A DNA stretch of 59,395 nucleotides from Candidatus Methanophagales archaeon (GTDB lineage: Archaea; Halobacteriota; Syntropharchaeia; Alkanophagales; Methanospirareceae), in the NCBI GenBank assembly GCA_014859735.1, contig JACUTR010000001.1, positions 1-59,395 on the forward strand. Direction: 5' to 3'. Below, one piece after another: positions 31,738 to 41,258 of the stretch. The position numbers and the translations under genes were made by a program. How positions within the stretch are numbered: position 1 is the stretch's first letter; each line of letters begins with the position of its first letter. The notes beneath the pieces were generated by a model. It was not told the origin of the DNA. It did not search any database and saw only the letters and a list, made by a program, of their open reading frames with translations.

Positions 31738-32004
31738 ATGGAAATAAGAGTTTATACGACGAAAATATGCCCAAATTGTAAAAAAGTCAAAGAGTTTTTA
31801 GCAGCGGAAGGGGAAGCGTATGAGGAAGTGGATATCACAACGGTGGAAGCGCTTACTGAGTTAAGATTGAATGGGGTTTTCGCGCCCTTTGCCCCTGTTC
31901 TTCAGATTGGTTCGACTTTTCTTACGAATCATGATTTATTTGACGGTGATGAGTTGCGAAAAGGAAGAATTAAAGAAGTGATTAAGCGAGAGGGATTGGC
32001 ATGA
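31738..32004 (+). CDS. glutaredoxin/NrdH-like redoxin
   Basis: 88 aa: IRVYTTKICPNCKKVKEFL with a CxxC thioredoxin fold. The stop overlaps the nrdD ATG. Confidence 0.7.
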   Translation: MEIRVYTTKICPNCKKVKEFLAAEGEAYEEVDITTVEALTELRLNGVFAPFAPVLQIGSTFLTNHDLFDGDELRKGRIKEVIKREGLA

Positions 32005-34292
32005 AAAAAGGCTTTAATATGGATAATGGCACGGTGCAAACCACGCTGGACGGCATGAAATTGCGATTCCCGAAGGTAAGAACCAGCGATGGGCACATGC
32101 TGGAGTGGGACAGAGAAGCAATTGTAAAACAGCTTTTACGTGAAACCAAATTAAGTGAGGAGTTTTATAGCAGTTCACCGATAGACAATAACACGGCGCG
32201 GGAGATAGCGAAGGAGGCTGAGAAGAGGATAAAAGTAATGGGTATCTCCCAGCTCTCCGGTGCGTTAGTACGGGAAATAGTAAACCAGATTTTATTGGAG
32301 GAGTATCATAAGCAGGAGTGGCGGAATATATGCACGAGGGTTGGCACGCCGGTCTACGATGCGCATCTCATTGATATAGGCGAAGGATTTGAGGCGAAGG
32401 AGAATGCAAATCTGCAGGAGAATGCCGAGACGTCACATAAGAAGAAAGCGGACAAGATTTGCAAGGAACAATACTTGTTACTCTTACCATCCCAGCTTGC
32501 AGATGCACACCTCAGTGGTGATGTGCATATCCATGACCTTGAATATTTCGGGACGAGGGGTTTTTGTCAAGACTGGGACCTCCGTTACTTCTTCTATTAT
32601 GGCTTAATGCCCGATGGTTCGGGGACAAAAGCATCGGTAGCTGGACCTGCGAAGAAGCCTGAGGTCGCCATCCTGCACGCCGTGAAGACGTTGGGGAGTG
32701 CACAGACCAACTTCGCAGGTGGGCAAGGCTTTTTTAACTTTCTTTCCTTCATAGCCCCGTATTTTGAAGGACTTTCCTACGAGGAGATCGAGCAACTGAT
32801 GCAGATGTTCGTCTATGAAATGACGCAGATGCAAGTTGCACGCGGAGGTCAATTGGTCTTCTCTTCGGTTCAGCTCACCCCCGGTATTCCCCGGGTATGG
32901 AGAGATAAACCAGTAGTTTATAAAGGAGAGGTCTGGAATGGCGAGCATGTGCCGCTTCGAACATACGGTGAGTTTGAACGAGAGGTGCGGTTGGCGTTCA
33001 AGGCGCTTATGAACGTAATGCTCCAGGGAGATTATTGGGGGAAGCCCTTTAACTTCCCGAAGCCGGAGATAGCGATAGAGCGGGATTTCCTGGTAGAGGA
33101 TGAGGAATACAATCAGAGGAATCCGGATTTGCCTACCTATGAAGAACTTTATGATTTAGCCTTTGAGCTGACGGCAAAGTATGGTACGCCGTACTTCGAT
33201 AATAAGATCCCGGAGTATAGAGGCGCTGGGGAAGGAGTTTCGTGCTACCAATGCTGTGCGTACAGTTTCAAAACGTCGCCTGATGATGAGGATTTTCAGG
33301 ATAAGATGTATTTCCGTAATGGCGAGCACTTCTCGATGGGCGGCTGGCAGGTAATAACGATAAACTGTCCGAGAGCGGCTTATCGAGCGAATGGAGATGA
33401 TGAGAAGCTGTTTGCGGAACTGAGAAGGATGATGGCCCTCGCGGTAGAGGTATTAAAGGTGAAGAAGCGATGGATGAAAGCGATCGTTGAAAGCGGACGG
33501 ATGCCGTTTGCTACACAACGACCTAAAGATCCGCACACGGGCGAAAAAGGAACTAGGGCGGTTTATCTTGATGAGCTCGTGTATATCATCGGCGTGGTAG
33601 GCATAAATGAGATGGTGCAGTACCATTACGGCAAGCAAATACACGAAGACAAGGGTGCTTTACGGCTTGCGGTACGGGCAATGACGGAGCTGGAGCTGTA
33701 TGCGAAGGAGCTCTCGAAACGGGAAGGTATGACGATAAGTTTTGCACGCACTCCTGCAGAAACGGTCTCGCAGCGATTCGCCGTGGCAGACCTCTTGAAT
33801 AAGGAATTCAGGGATAAAGCGCGGAAAGTAGTGAAAGGGGATGTTGAACGCGCTCTTTCGCTTATACATGAGACGCGCGACCTGCCGATTTACTATACGA
33901 ATGGGACGCATGTGCCTCCGAATGCTACTATCTCGCTTGCAGAGCGGATAAAGATCGAGCATATCTTCTTTCCCATTGTTGACGGTGGGAACATCATGCA
34001 TATCTTCCTTGGCGAGGGGTATCCTGATCCGCAAGGGATAAAGAGCCTTGCGGTGAAGATCGCAAAGAAGACGCAAACGGGCTATTATGCATTTACCAAG
34101 GATATGACAGTCTGCATGGACTGCTCGCACGTCACCATGGGGTTGATAGAGGAGTGTGAGAAGTGCGGGTCTAAAAACCTCGATTATATATCACGAATAA
34201 CCGGCTATCTGCAGGCGGTGAGCGGGTGGAACGAGGGCAAGAAGCAGGAGTTGCTCGATCGGATGCGGTATGGTGGGAATGAGATAAGGTGA
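32001..34292 (+). CDS. nrdD: anaerobic ribonucleoside-triphosphate reductase (class III)
   Basis: 763 aa with an N-terminal ATP-cone-like region, a C-terminal Zn ribbon CMDC...CEKCG and the glycyl-radical motif SRITGYLQ. Confidence 0.93.
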   Translation: MKKGFNMDNGTVQTTLDGMKLRFPKVRTSDGHMLEWDREAIVKQLLRETKLSEEFYSSSPIDNNTAREIAKEAEKRIKVMGISQLSGALVREIVNQILLEEYHKQEWRNICTRVGTPVYDAHLIDIGEGFEAKENANLQENAETSHKKKADKICKEQYLLLLPSQLADAHLSGDVHIHDLEYFGTRGFCQDWDLRYFFYYGLMPDGSGTKASVAGPAKKPEVAILHAVKTLGSAQTNFAGGQGFFNFLSFIAPYFEGLSYEEIEQLMQMFVYEMTQMQVARGGQLVFSSVQLTPGIPRVWRDKPVVYKGEVWNGEHVPLRTYGEFEREVRLAFKALMNVMLQGDYWGKPFNFPKPEIAIERDFLVEDEEYNQRNPDLPTYEELYDLAFELTAKYGTPYFDNKIPEYRGAGEGVSCYQCCAYSFKTSPDDEDFQDKMYFRNGEHFSMGGWQVITINCPRAAYRANGDDEKLFAELRRMMALAVEVLKVKKRWMKAIVESGRMPFATQRPKDPHTGEKGTRAVYLDELVYIIGVVGINEMVQYHYGKQIHEDKGALRLAVRAMTELELYAKELSKREGMTISFARTPAETVSQRFAVADLLNKEFRDKARKVVKGDVERALSLIHETRDLPIYYTNGTHVPPNATISLAERIKIEHIFFPIVDGGNIMHIFLGEGYPDPQGIKSLAVKIAKKTQTGYYAFTKDMTVCMDCSHVTMGLIEECEKCGSKNLDYISRITGYLQAVSGWNEGKKQELLDRMRYGGNEIR

Positions 34293-34374
34293 TAGGACCT
34301 CTTAAAAAATGGATGATCTGCAATTTCGGGCTATCCAAAAAAGAAATTAAAACAGAGGATAGAGTAGCGGAATA

Positions 34375-35097
34375 TTATGGCAAGAAGCGTGCATGAAACG
34401 CTTCTACGATCTCCTTTCCTTCCATAAATACCACGTCATGTTCCGAAGCGAACGCCTTTGCCTTAGCCTTGGAAAGAGCACCTCCAGATTCGGCGTCTAA
34501 CATCTCGCATATGACCATTGCAGGGGCTATCTCTGCAAGCACCGCTAATGCCACGGAGAGCTCGGTCTGCCCTCTCCTTTCATCGAGCAGCCTATCCGCA
34601 GCTCTTAATAGTGAGACATGCCCGGGTGTTCGGAATTCGGTATAAAAATCGTAAGAATTGTCATTACCGTTTAATACTCGCTCTACTGCTTCTCCTATCT
34701 TCGTTATCGTCAGTGCCCTGTCTCTATCCGTTATGCCGGTGAATGTAGCACGATGATTCACCCAAAGGGAGAAAGAAGAACGTTTATCGTATGAAAGATC
34801 GCCCTTTTCTTCCACTAATCTTCTCAGCGAGGAGTAGGTGTCGTTCACGTTTCTCAAGATGTCACTCATGAGTGGAAGCCCAAGCTTCTCGGCGGCAACG
34901 GGATGAATAGCAATGCAGATAAGTCCGCCCGCCTCATTTCTAAAATAAGCGACCTTTCGTGGTGTCACAGAAGAAGCCGGTAGTACAAAGTCGGTCTCAC
35001 CTTCTCTATCCTCTGCATCGTAGATTAATACAAGTTCTCCCTTTCTTATCGATTCTATGCCATTTTCTACCGACCTGGGAATGTTACTAGTGTTCAT
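34375..35097 (-). CDS. ribB: 3,4-dihydroxy-2-butanone 4-phosphate synthase
   Basis: 240 aa with DAEDREGETDFV and GHVSLL motifs. Confidence 0.9.
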   Translation of the reverse strand: MNTSNIPRSVENGIESIRKGELVLIYDAEDREGETDFVLPASSVTPRKVAYFRNEAGGLICIAIHPVAAEKLGLPLMSDILRNVNDTYSSLRRLVEEKGDLSYDKRSSFSLWVNHRATFTGITDRDRALTITKIGEAVERVLNGNDNSYDFYTEFRTPGHVSLLRAADRLLDERRGQTELSVALAVLAEIAPAMVICEMLDAESGGALSKAKAKAFASEHDVVFMEGKEIVEAFHARFLP

Positions 35098-35103
35098 AGT
35101 TAT

Positions 35104-35817
35104 TCATATCACCACCCTGGTTCTTACCTCATCTCCGTCCTTAAGCTGAAGTTCATGTCTGAGATAAACCGGCGAAATTATCTCCAGAACATCATCTGGA
35201 TAATGGGTGCGGTCAGGAATGATAACCGCGCTTTTAATTCCTCCCGCTTCGTTGTCTATTAGCTTACAGAGGAAGCACTTGCCGCCGCCAAAGGTTCTCT
35301 TTTCTGACTCAAAACCTTCTATTTCTATCCCCTTTCGCGCATCCAGCTTCTTCCGTGCTGCTATACTTTGTGCTTCCAGGCTGAGATTTAACGTGCCGGG
35401 AAAAGGGGTAAAGCCTAATTTAGCCTCGAATTGCCTTTTATACCCCTCCAGTGTTGTATAATATTTTCCTTCTCCCAGACCGGTGATCAAGCGTCCAGCG
35501 ATTTCAACCTCGATATTCGTTCGGGAGAAAAATATCTCCTGGTATTCATAACATTCTTTCTTTAATTGCTCTATTCCCTTGTTGGTGAGCATTATCCACT
35601 GTCCATCCGCTATGATTCTTCTATGCACGAGACCTTCTCGTTCAAGCTCTTGAAGGCGCCTCGCAGCGGTTTGTACGCTTGATTTAATAGCCTCTGCGAA
35701 ATGACCGGAAGACAACTTAATAGGTTGTGCTATCGCACCTAACAAGGCGAGCTTCCGTAACGAAACCATGATGTCCCCCCTCATCTTTCCGCCATTCATA
35801 TCAATTTTGAGACGCAT
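35104..35817 (-). CDS. ribK: CTP-dependent riboflavin kinase fused to an N-terminal wHTH (RbkR-type regulator/kinase)
   Basis: The C-terminal GRLITGLGEGKYYT...GFTPFPGTLNL is the archaeal riboflavin kinase fold. The N-terminal 80 aa or so are wHTH-like. Adjacent to ribB. Confidence 0.8.
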   Translation of the reverse strand: MRLKIDMNGGKMRGDIMVSLRKLALLGAIAQPIKLSSGHFAEAIKSSVQTAARRLQELEREGLVHRRIIADGQWIMLTNKGIEQLKKECYEYQEIFFSRTNIEVEIAGRLITGLGEGKYYTTLEGYKRQFEAKLGFTPFPGTLNLSLEAQSIAARKKLDARKGIEIEGFESEKRTFGGGKCFLCKLIDNEAGGIKSAVIIPDRTHYPDDVLEIISPVYLRHELQLKDGDEVRTRVVI

Positions 35818-35872
35818 CTCATAAATAGGAGGGTGGTAGGTATATAAATAGGTTAGTGGTTGACATCTATAC

Positions 35873-36655
35873 CTAGGCAGAGCTTCTTTTTAAACTCATA
35901 CCCGCAAGCAATCCGAAAAATAGCCCTGATAAATGCGCTGTGTGGGCAATCATGTCGCCAGAGCCGATCATAACGAAATCGTAGATGGCAAAGAGGACAA
36001 GTACCATCCATATCTCCATCGGTATTAAAAAGAAGAAGTATACCCTCATCCGTGGCATCAGCACCGCAAGGGTCGCGAATATCCCTGATAATGCCCCACT
36101 TGCGCCCACGGCGGGGTTAACGGAGGTTAAACTCCAGCCAGTTCCGGCAAAAATACCCGCGAGGAAAAAGATGAGCAGAAATTTCGAACTCCCTATCTTC
36201 CTCTCCAGTACCGGACCGAAGAAGATGAAGAAGAGCATATTAAAGAAGAGGTGTTCGAAGCTTCCGTGGAGGAAGATATGGGTTATTAACGTCCATGGTC
36301 TTTCCGATACAAGTGCTGGAATCAGCACCAATTGTTGCGTATAGCCCGGGATGAGTAATTGCAGAACAAAGGAGATGGAAATGAGAAATAAAAGCAAGAA
36401 CGAATAGTTACCAGAGAAGATGCTCAATGGATTTTTTGTATGAATACTCTTTTTCACACTCCATCCCCGGTGTTCTGGTCTGAGGTCCTGGGGAATAGAA
36501 GAGGTACCTCGGGCTTCACGGTCTCGATTGTATTCTTCAAGTCCGACGCACCAGTGCATTTCAGGCGGGAGATGTGCCTTGCAAAGGGTATCACCACAGT
36601 ACGCACATCTATACAATGCCTGTTTATTGCAGACGGTGCACCTGCGCGGTGTCAT
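35873..36655 (-). CDS. rhomboid intramembrane serine protease with N-terminal AN1-type zinc finger
   Basis: CTVC-x7-CAYC-x4-CKAH-x5-HWC fits the AN1 pattern. The membrane core has HGSFEHLFFNM, GASGALSG and a downstream HLSG. Confidence 0.85.
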   Translation of the reverse strand: MTPRRCTVCNKQALYRCAYCGDTLCKAHLPPEMHWCVGLEEYNRDREARGTSSIPQDLRPEHRGWSVKKSIHTKNPLSIFSGNYSFLLLFLISISFVLQLLIPGYTQQLVLIPALVSERPWTLITHIFLHGSFEHLFFNMLFFIFFGPVLERKIGSSKFLLIFFLAGIFAGTGWSLTSVNPAVGASGALSGIFATLAVLMPRMRVYFFFLIPMEIWMVLVLFAIYDFVMIGSGDMIAHTAHLSGLFFGLLAGMSLKRSSA

Positions 36656-36713
36656 ATGTGTGAAAAGAAAGGTCAGACATTTAAAAGTTGCAGGAAAAGA
36701 AAAGGCGGTGAGT

Positions 36714-37613
36714 TCAGAACAAAGTAAACGCTGTGGCTAATATTACCACGGGTATCCACTCGCCGTCAACGAGCACATCTAAAGATTCCCCTATCTTTTC
36801 CAGCTTACAGAACTGTAAGATGTACCAGTATCCATATCCAATGGCGAAGATTAAAACGACGAGATAGTGGTGGAAAAAGCCTGAGTGATAAGAGAATGCA
36901 AGCCAGGGTATGAGCGTTGAGTTTAAGATGAGAAGCAGATTTTTTGTTTTTTGCCTCCCCCAAACTACCGGTATTGTTCTTACACCGCTTGTTCTATCCC
37001 CTTCGATGTCTCGCACATCGAATAAGATGGTATTGATGAGACTTTTTAAGAAGAAGAAGTAAAATATGGTGATGATTAATACAATATCTTTTTCCACGAG
37101 GCAAAATACCGGAAGAAGTGCCATGGTTACTGCCCAGGTTAGAGCTATAGTCATATTCTTCACGCCGAGCATATCCTTTAATCGAGGGAGATTTTTGGAG
37201 AATTTCACACTGTATAAAGTACCAGAAAATAAGGGAAGCAGAAGAATAGGCAGTGTCAGAAGATTCACTAAAAACCCCAGAAGCAACGAAAGTATGAACG
37301 CGAAAAGTACTGATAATTTGAAAACAGGCGCTATTTTCTTAATAAGTCTCGCTCTTTCAGGCGCATTTATTATATCCTCTTTTAGATCGGTTAATTTATT
37401 TAATCCGTATACGCCATAAGTAGCTAAAAAAATTGCGAGAATGATAGTTAAGGTAAATGTATTGAATAATAAACAGGAGAAGAGCAGTTTTAGAGCGCCA
37501 TTGATCGCCAAAAAAAGGGATGTTGCTATTAGAAATGAGAGAAACTTATTACCTAGTTGAAAAAACTTCACCTCTGTACTTGTTGTATGAAGCCTCTTTA
37601 CAGAGAATTTCAT
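36714..37613 (-). CDS. UbiA-family prenyltransferase
   Basis: 299 aa, polytopic, with NKLTDLKEDIINAP and FDVRDIEGDRTSGVRT Asp-rich motifs. Its ATG overlaps the stop of the upstream regulator (ATGA). Confidence 0.8.
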   Translation of the reverse strand: MKFSVKRLHTTSTEVKFFQLGNKFLSFLIATSLFLAINGALKLLFSCLLFNTFTLTIILAIFLATYGVYGLNKLTDLKEDIINAPERARLIKKIAPVFKLSVLFAFILSLLLGFLVNLLTLPILLLPLFSGTLYSVKFSKNLPRLKDMLGVKNMTIALTWAVTMALLPVFCLVEKDIVLIITIFYFFFLKSLINTILFDVRDIEGDRTSGVRTIPVVWGRQKTKNLLLILNSTLIPWLAFSYHSGFFHHYLVVLIFAIGYGYWYILQFCKLEKIGESLDVLVDGEWIPVVILATAFTLF

Positions 37614-38419
37614 ACCTCATATTTCTTTGCTTTTTCCCGGTAGTATTCAAAGAGTTCAATGCCCCAACGAATAGCTCTCTCTTCAGTGCTGATTAAATCA
37701 AGTGTGGTGTCATATATCCCATCAGGTTTAAATAAGCCAAAAGAGAGAAAGGTATCGGTGACCGTAAAAGCCACTTTTACCTCTTCTTCAGTTACAAAGA
37801 ACTCCAGATGATGATTTAAGATTAAACTTTTAATCGTTTCTGAACCAACGGTATCGATTACCTTCTTCAACACGTTTTCAGTTAATACAAGCTGTGTAAG
37901 GGCACGCTTAGCCAAATCTTCGAATACCTCTGGATAGTCAGGCGAGAATATAGGGGAACCCCCTTTTATCCACCTCGCAGTCGTGAGGAGCTCCATGTAA
38001 GTCCTATGTGCCTTGATTATATCTAATGCATCTATATTTACTATATTTGAGTTACTCAGCCACCCAATCTTCCCAAGCAGATGCTCCGGAATTCCGCTGA
38101 GGTCATGGGTAAGCCAAAACTCCTTATGATTTTTCAACACCGTTATCGCGTCTATGAAATCGGTTAATTTTAATGCGATAAGCTCACCGATTTTTGTCAG
38201 CGCATAATTTCTATTCTCATCTTGAAAAACGCAGGTATCCTTTTCAAGGTCTCTTAAAGCATGTATAGCTGTTGTAGAGCTTACTCCCAGCGTATCTCGT
38301 ATCGCGCTGAGCGGTTTCTTACCTTTCTCCAAATAAATAAGGATATCCCTCCGCAGAGCAGAGCACGTGGCGAGGCGAAGGGTATCTTGAGTATTTTTTC
38401 TCTTACTTGCCGTCACCAT
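37610..38419 (-). CDS. wHTH transcriptional regulator, DUF1724/FilR1-like
   Basis: 269 aa: an N-terminal wHTH (RRDILIYLEKGKKPLSAIRDTLGVSSTTAIHALRDLE) plus a C-terminal domain as in methanogen DUF1724 regulators. Confidence 0.7.
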   Translation of the reverse strand: MVTASKRKNTQDTLRLATCSALRRDILIYLEKGKKPLSAIRDTLGVSSTTAIHALRDLEKDTCVFQDENRNYALTKIGELIALKLTDFIDAITVLKNHKEFWLTHDLSGIPEHLLGKIGWLSNSNIVNIDALDIIKAHRTYMELLTTARWIKGGSPIFSPDYPEVFEDLAKRALTQLVLTENVLKKVIDTVGSETIKSLILNHHLEFFVTEEEVKVAFTVTDTFLSFGLFKPDGIYDTTLDLISTEERAIRWGIELFEYYREKAKKYEV

Positions 38420-38622
38420 TGCATCGTTTCCCTTCTGTTCATTACCTCCCTAGATACTATTTTTTAATTTTTCGATTATATAGTTAAAGAAAGATAATAT
38501 TGCTCAAATTTAGCAACATGGGGCGCATAACAAGTTGTAGTAGACGATGGGGTTGCATGCGATTGGAGAAATGCCTGATCTCTACGGGATATAAGGTCGT
38601 GGGGCATCTTTGGGGGAAAGCG

Positions 38623-39948
38623 TTACGCAATAACTTCTCCCATCAAATACGTGCTCTTTGCCTCCCGTATCCGCACCGTATACGTGGCACCGAGTGGCAA
38701 ATCATTATAAACGGGGCTCCGCCCCGTTGACCCCGAAATCGCGGGCTCTGCCCGCGTTCCCGCGAGCCTGAAAGGCTCAGTAAGGGTTTTTAGTACGATC
38801 ATCCGATACGCCGGGTCCCTTCCTATTACGCCTCCTTTCTTCCCCTTCTCCGTTATTAAAACAGGGAGTTCCTTTCCTTCCAACTCGTTATTCTTCTCGA
38901 GAACAATCGTGCGATAAAGCGAAGAGAAGATTCTCGACCTCCTTTTCTTCTCCCGCTCCAGCAAGTCCTTTAAATTCGATGCTTCCGTCCCCGGTCGTGG
39001 AGAAAACCTCGTTATATTCACTTTTTCCGGTTTTACTTCATCCAACAGGTTCAAAGAGGAGAAGAAATCCTCTTCCGTCTCGGTTGGAAATCCAATGATG
39101 AAATCCGTGCAGAGTGTGCTGTATTCGAATCGCTTTCGTATGCTTTTTACTAGCTCAACGAAATCATCAGCTTTATAATCCCTTCTCATATCTCTCAGCA
39201 CCTTATCAGAGCCAGATTGCACGGGCACGTGAAAGAATTTGAAGATCTTCTTGGAGTCGAATGCCTCAAGGAGTTCATCTAAGATCCGAATCACGGTAAA
39301 TGGGTTCATCATGCCCACTCGTATTCTAAAATCACCCTCCAGAGAGGTCACCATGTCTAACAACTCGGGGAGCTTTAAGGTACCTAACTTCTCCCAGCCA
39401 TAGGCACTACAGTCCTGTGCAGTAATTCTTATTTCCTTCGCACCTCGTTCCACCACACTTTTAACCGCTTCGCATATCTTTTCGGGCTTGTAGCTTCTCA
39501 TATCGCCCTTCGCTTGTCTCACGATGCAATACGAACATTCCCCTACGCAGCCTACTGCTATCGGAATGATACCAACCACACCGTCAACATCAAGCCCTTG
39601 ATCCTCACTATACCTATCACCGATATCTCGTGGTGTTAGCAGTGTCACATCTTCGCCTAAAATACTCTTCACCAATCCAGGCTGTGCTGCCGCCATACAA
39701 CCTGCTACAACCACCTCTTTACTCTCGTCCTTCAACTCCTTCAGCCTCTTTATCACATTTAATTCCGTCCTTTTCGTTACCGTGCACGTATTCACGATAA
39801 CAACATCGGCTTTACTTTCCTCTACGAGCTCGTGCCCATTATTCCTTAGGATAGCGCGCATCTTCATCGTGTCACCCACATTGGCAGTGCAGCCGAACGT
39901 TTCGAAGTAAAATTTTTTGGGCTTTATGTATGTGTTTACTAAAGGCAT
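38623..39948 (-). CDS. radical-SAM methylthiotransferase, archaeal MiaB-like (UPF0004 + radical SAM + TRAM)
   Basis: 441 aa: N-terminal FETFGCTAN...NTCTV, a CxxxCxxC cluster (CVGECSYC) and a C-terminal TRAM-like domain interrupted by the 27 codons encoded by repeat 38710-38789. Confidence 0.85.
   Translation of the reverse strand: MPLVNTYIKPKKFYFETFGCTANVGDTMKMRAILRNNGHELVEESKADVVIVNTCTVTKRTELNVIKRLKELKDESKEVVVAGCMAAAQPGLVKSILGEDVTLLTPRDIGDRYSEDQGLDVDGVVGIIPIAVGCVGECSYCIVRQAKGDMRSYKPEKICEAVKSVVERGAKEIRITAQDCSAYGWEKLGTLKLPELLDMVTSLEGDFRIRVGMMNPFTVIRILDELLEAFDSKKIFKFFHVPVQSGSDKVLRDMRRDYKADDFVELVKSIRKRFEYSTLCTDFIIGFPTETEEDFFSSLNLLDEVKPEKVNITRFSPRPGTEASNLKDLLEREKKRRSRIFSSLYRTIVLEKNNELEGKELPVLITEKGKKGGVIGRDPAYRMIVLKTLTEPFRLAGTRAEPAISGSTGRSPVYNDLPLGATYTVRIREAKSTYLMGEVIA
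38710..38789. repeat. GC-rich modular palindromic repeat, 80-nt copy inside a CDS
   Basis: Reverse complement of 43906-43985 with 79/80 identity by hand alignment. Confidence 0.9.
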
Positions 39949-39952
39949 CTCT

Positions 39953-39996
39953 CTTTCCTTTCCTTTCCTTTCCTTTCCTTTCCTTTCCTTTCCTTT
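39953..39996. repeat. pentanucleotide microsatellite (CTTTC)8 plus a partial unit
   Basis: Counted directly: eight perfect units at 39953-39992 plus cttt. It begins 4 nt upstream of the ATG at 39948 (minus strand). Confidence 0.95.
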
Positions 39997-40071
39997 TACA
40001 TTTACAAAGAGAAATAAATTTAAGAGAAGTTAGATAAATTCTCTTTGAAAGAGGGGGATGAGATAAAAAGA

Positions 40072-41178
40072 ATGAACCAAACGTCGAAGAGAAAGATAGA
40101 GCAACTCCGGATTTGTGCGGAAAAGGAAGTGGAAGTGAGAGAGAATTGCTTTACCGACGTTAAGCTTGTCCATGTTGCGTTACCTGAAGTGGATAAAGAG
40201 GAGATAGATTTGAAGACGGAGTTTTTAGGCTTTTCCTTTAACTATCCCATAATTATAGCCTCGATGACGGGCGGTCATCCGGAGACCAAGAGAATAAATG
40301 AAGTTCTTGCGGAAGCTGCTGCAGCTCTTGGCGTGGGTATGGGCGTGGGCTCTCAGAGAGCGGCACTGGAAGGCGAGGAGCACGAGGACTCGTTCCGCGT
40401 GGTTCGTGATGTTGCGCCTGATTCGTTTATTTACGCGAACTTAGGTGCTCCCCAGGTGAAGGAGTATGGGATAGAAGGAGTTGAACGGGTTATAGAGATG
40501 ATCGATGCAGATGCACTTGCAATACACCTCAACTTTTTACAGGAAGCTGTTCAGCCCGAAGGTAACATAGATGCAAGGGGTTGCCTTACCGCGATAAAAG
40601 AGGTATGCAAGGCGATAAAAAAGCCGGTCATTGTAAAGGAGACAGGGGCCGGGATAAGTTACGCGGTGGCGAAGAGGTTACACGATGCAGGAGTATCAGC
40701 AATAGATGTCGGGGGCCTGGGAGGAACAAGTTTAGCCGCAGCGGAGATATACCGGGCGAAAGCGGAAGGAGATGAACTGAGTGAACATTTAGGGACCCTT
40801 TTTGGATGGGACTGGGGCATCACCACGGTTGAGAGCATAGTGGAGTGCAGTGCAATTCCTTTTCCCATTCCGGTAATCGCCACTGGTGGAATACGAAATG
40901 GGATTGATGTTGCAAAAAGCATGGCTTTAGGTGCTGATCTCTGTAGTGCAGCGTTACCATTCCTTAAACTCGTGATGGAAAGTGTACGTGCGGATAACGT
41001 GATAAAAAGGATACAAGAAATGGGAGAGGAACTAACGGTTGCCATGTTCCTAACAGGCTGTAAGACCACGATGGACCTGAAGGAAGCAGAGGTGGTAATA
41101 ACCGGTAAGGCCCGGGAGATAATGGAACAGCGAGGCTTTTTCGATCGGGTGAAGAGGAGAAAGAGACTGGCATCGTAG
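40072..41178 (+). CDS. fni: type 2 (FMN-dependent) isopentenyl-diphosphate delta-isomerase
   Basis: RKIEQLRIC, IIASMTGG, VKETGAGIS and ATGGIRNG motifs. ATG 40072 is preferred over the track's TTG 40045. Confidence 0.9.
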   Translation: MNQTSKRKIEQLRICAEKEVEVRENCFTDVKLVHVALPEVDKEEIDLKTEFLGFSFNYPIIIASMTGGHPETKRINEVLAEAAAALGVGMGVGSQRAALEGEEHEDSFRVVRDVAPDSFIYANLGAPQVKEYGIEGVERVIEMIDADALAIHLNFLQEAVQPEGNIDARGCLTAIKEVCKAIKKPVIVKETGAGISYAVAKRLHDAGVSAIDVGGLGGTSLAAAEIYRAKAEGDELSEHLGTLFGWDWGITTVESIVECSAIPFPIPVIATGGIRNGIDVAKSMALGADLCSAALPFLKLVMESVRADNVIKRIQEMGEELTVAMFLTGCKTTMDLKEAEVVITGKAREIMEQRGFFDRVKRRKRLAS

Positions 41179-41258
41179 CGGTGATAGTGTTATATTATAG
41201 TCTCACATAGTCTCTGTATTTACTTTCTTCCTGTTATTTCCACGCCTTTGAAACCAAG

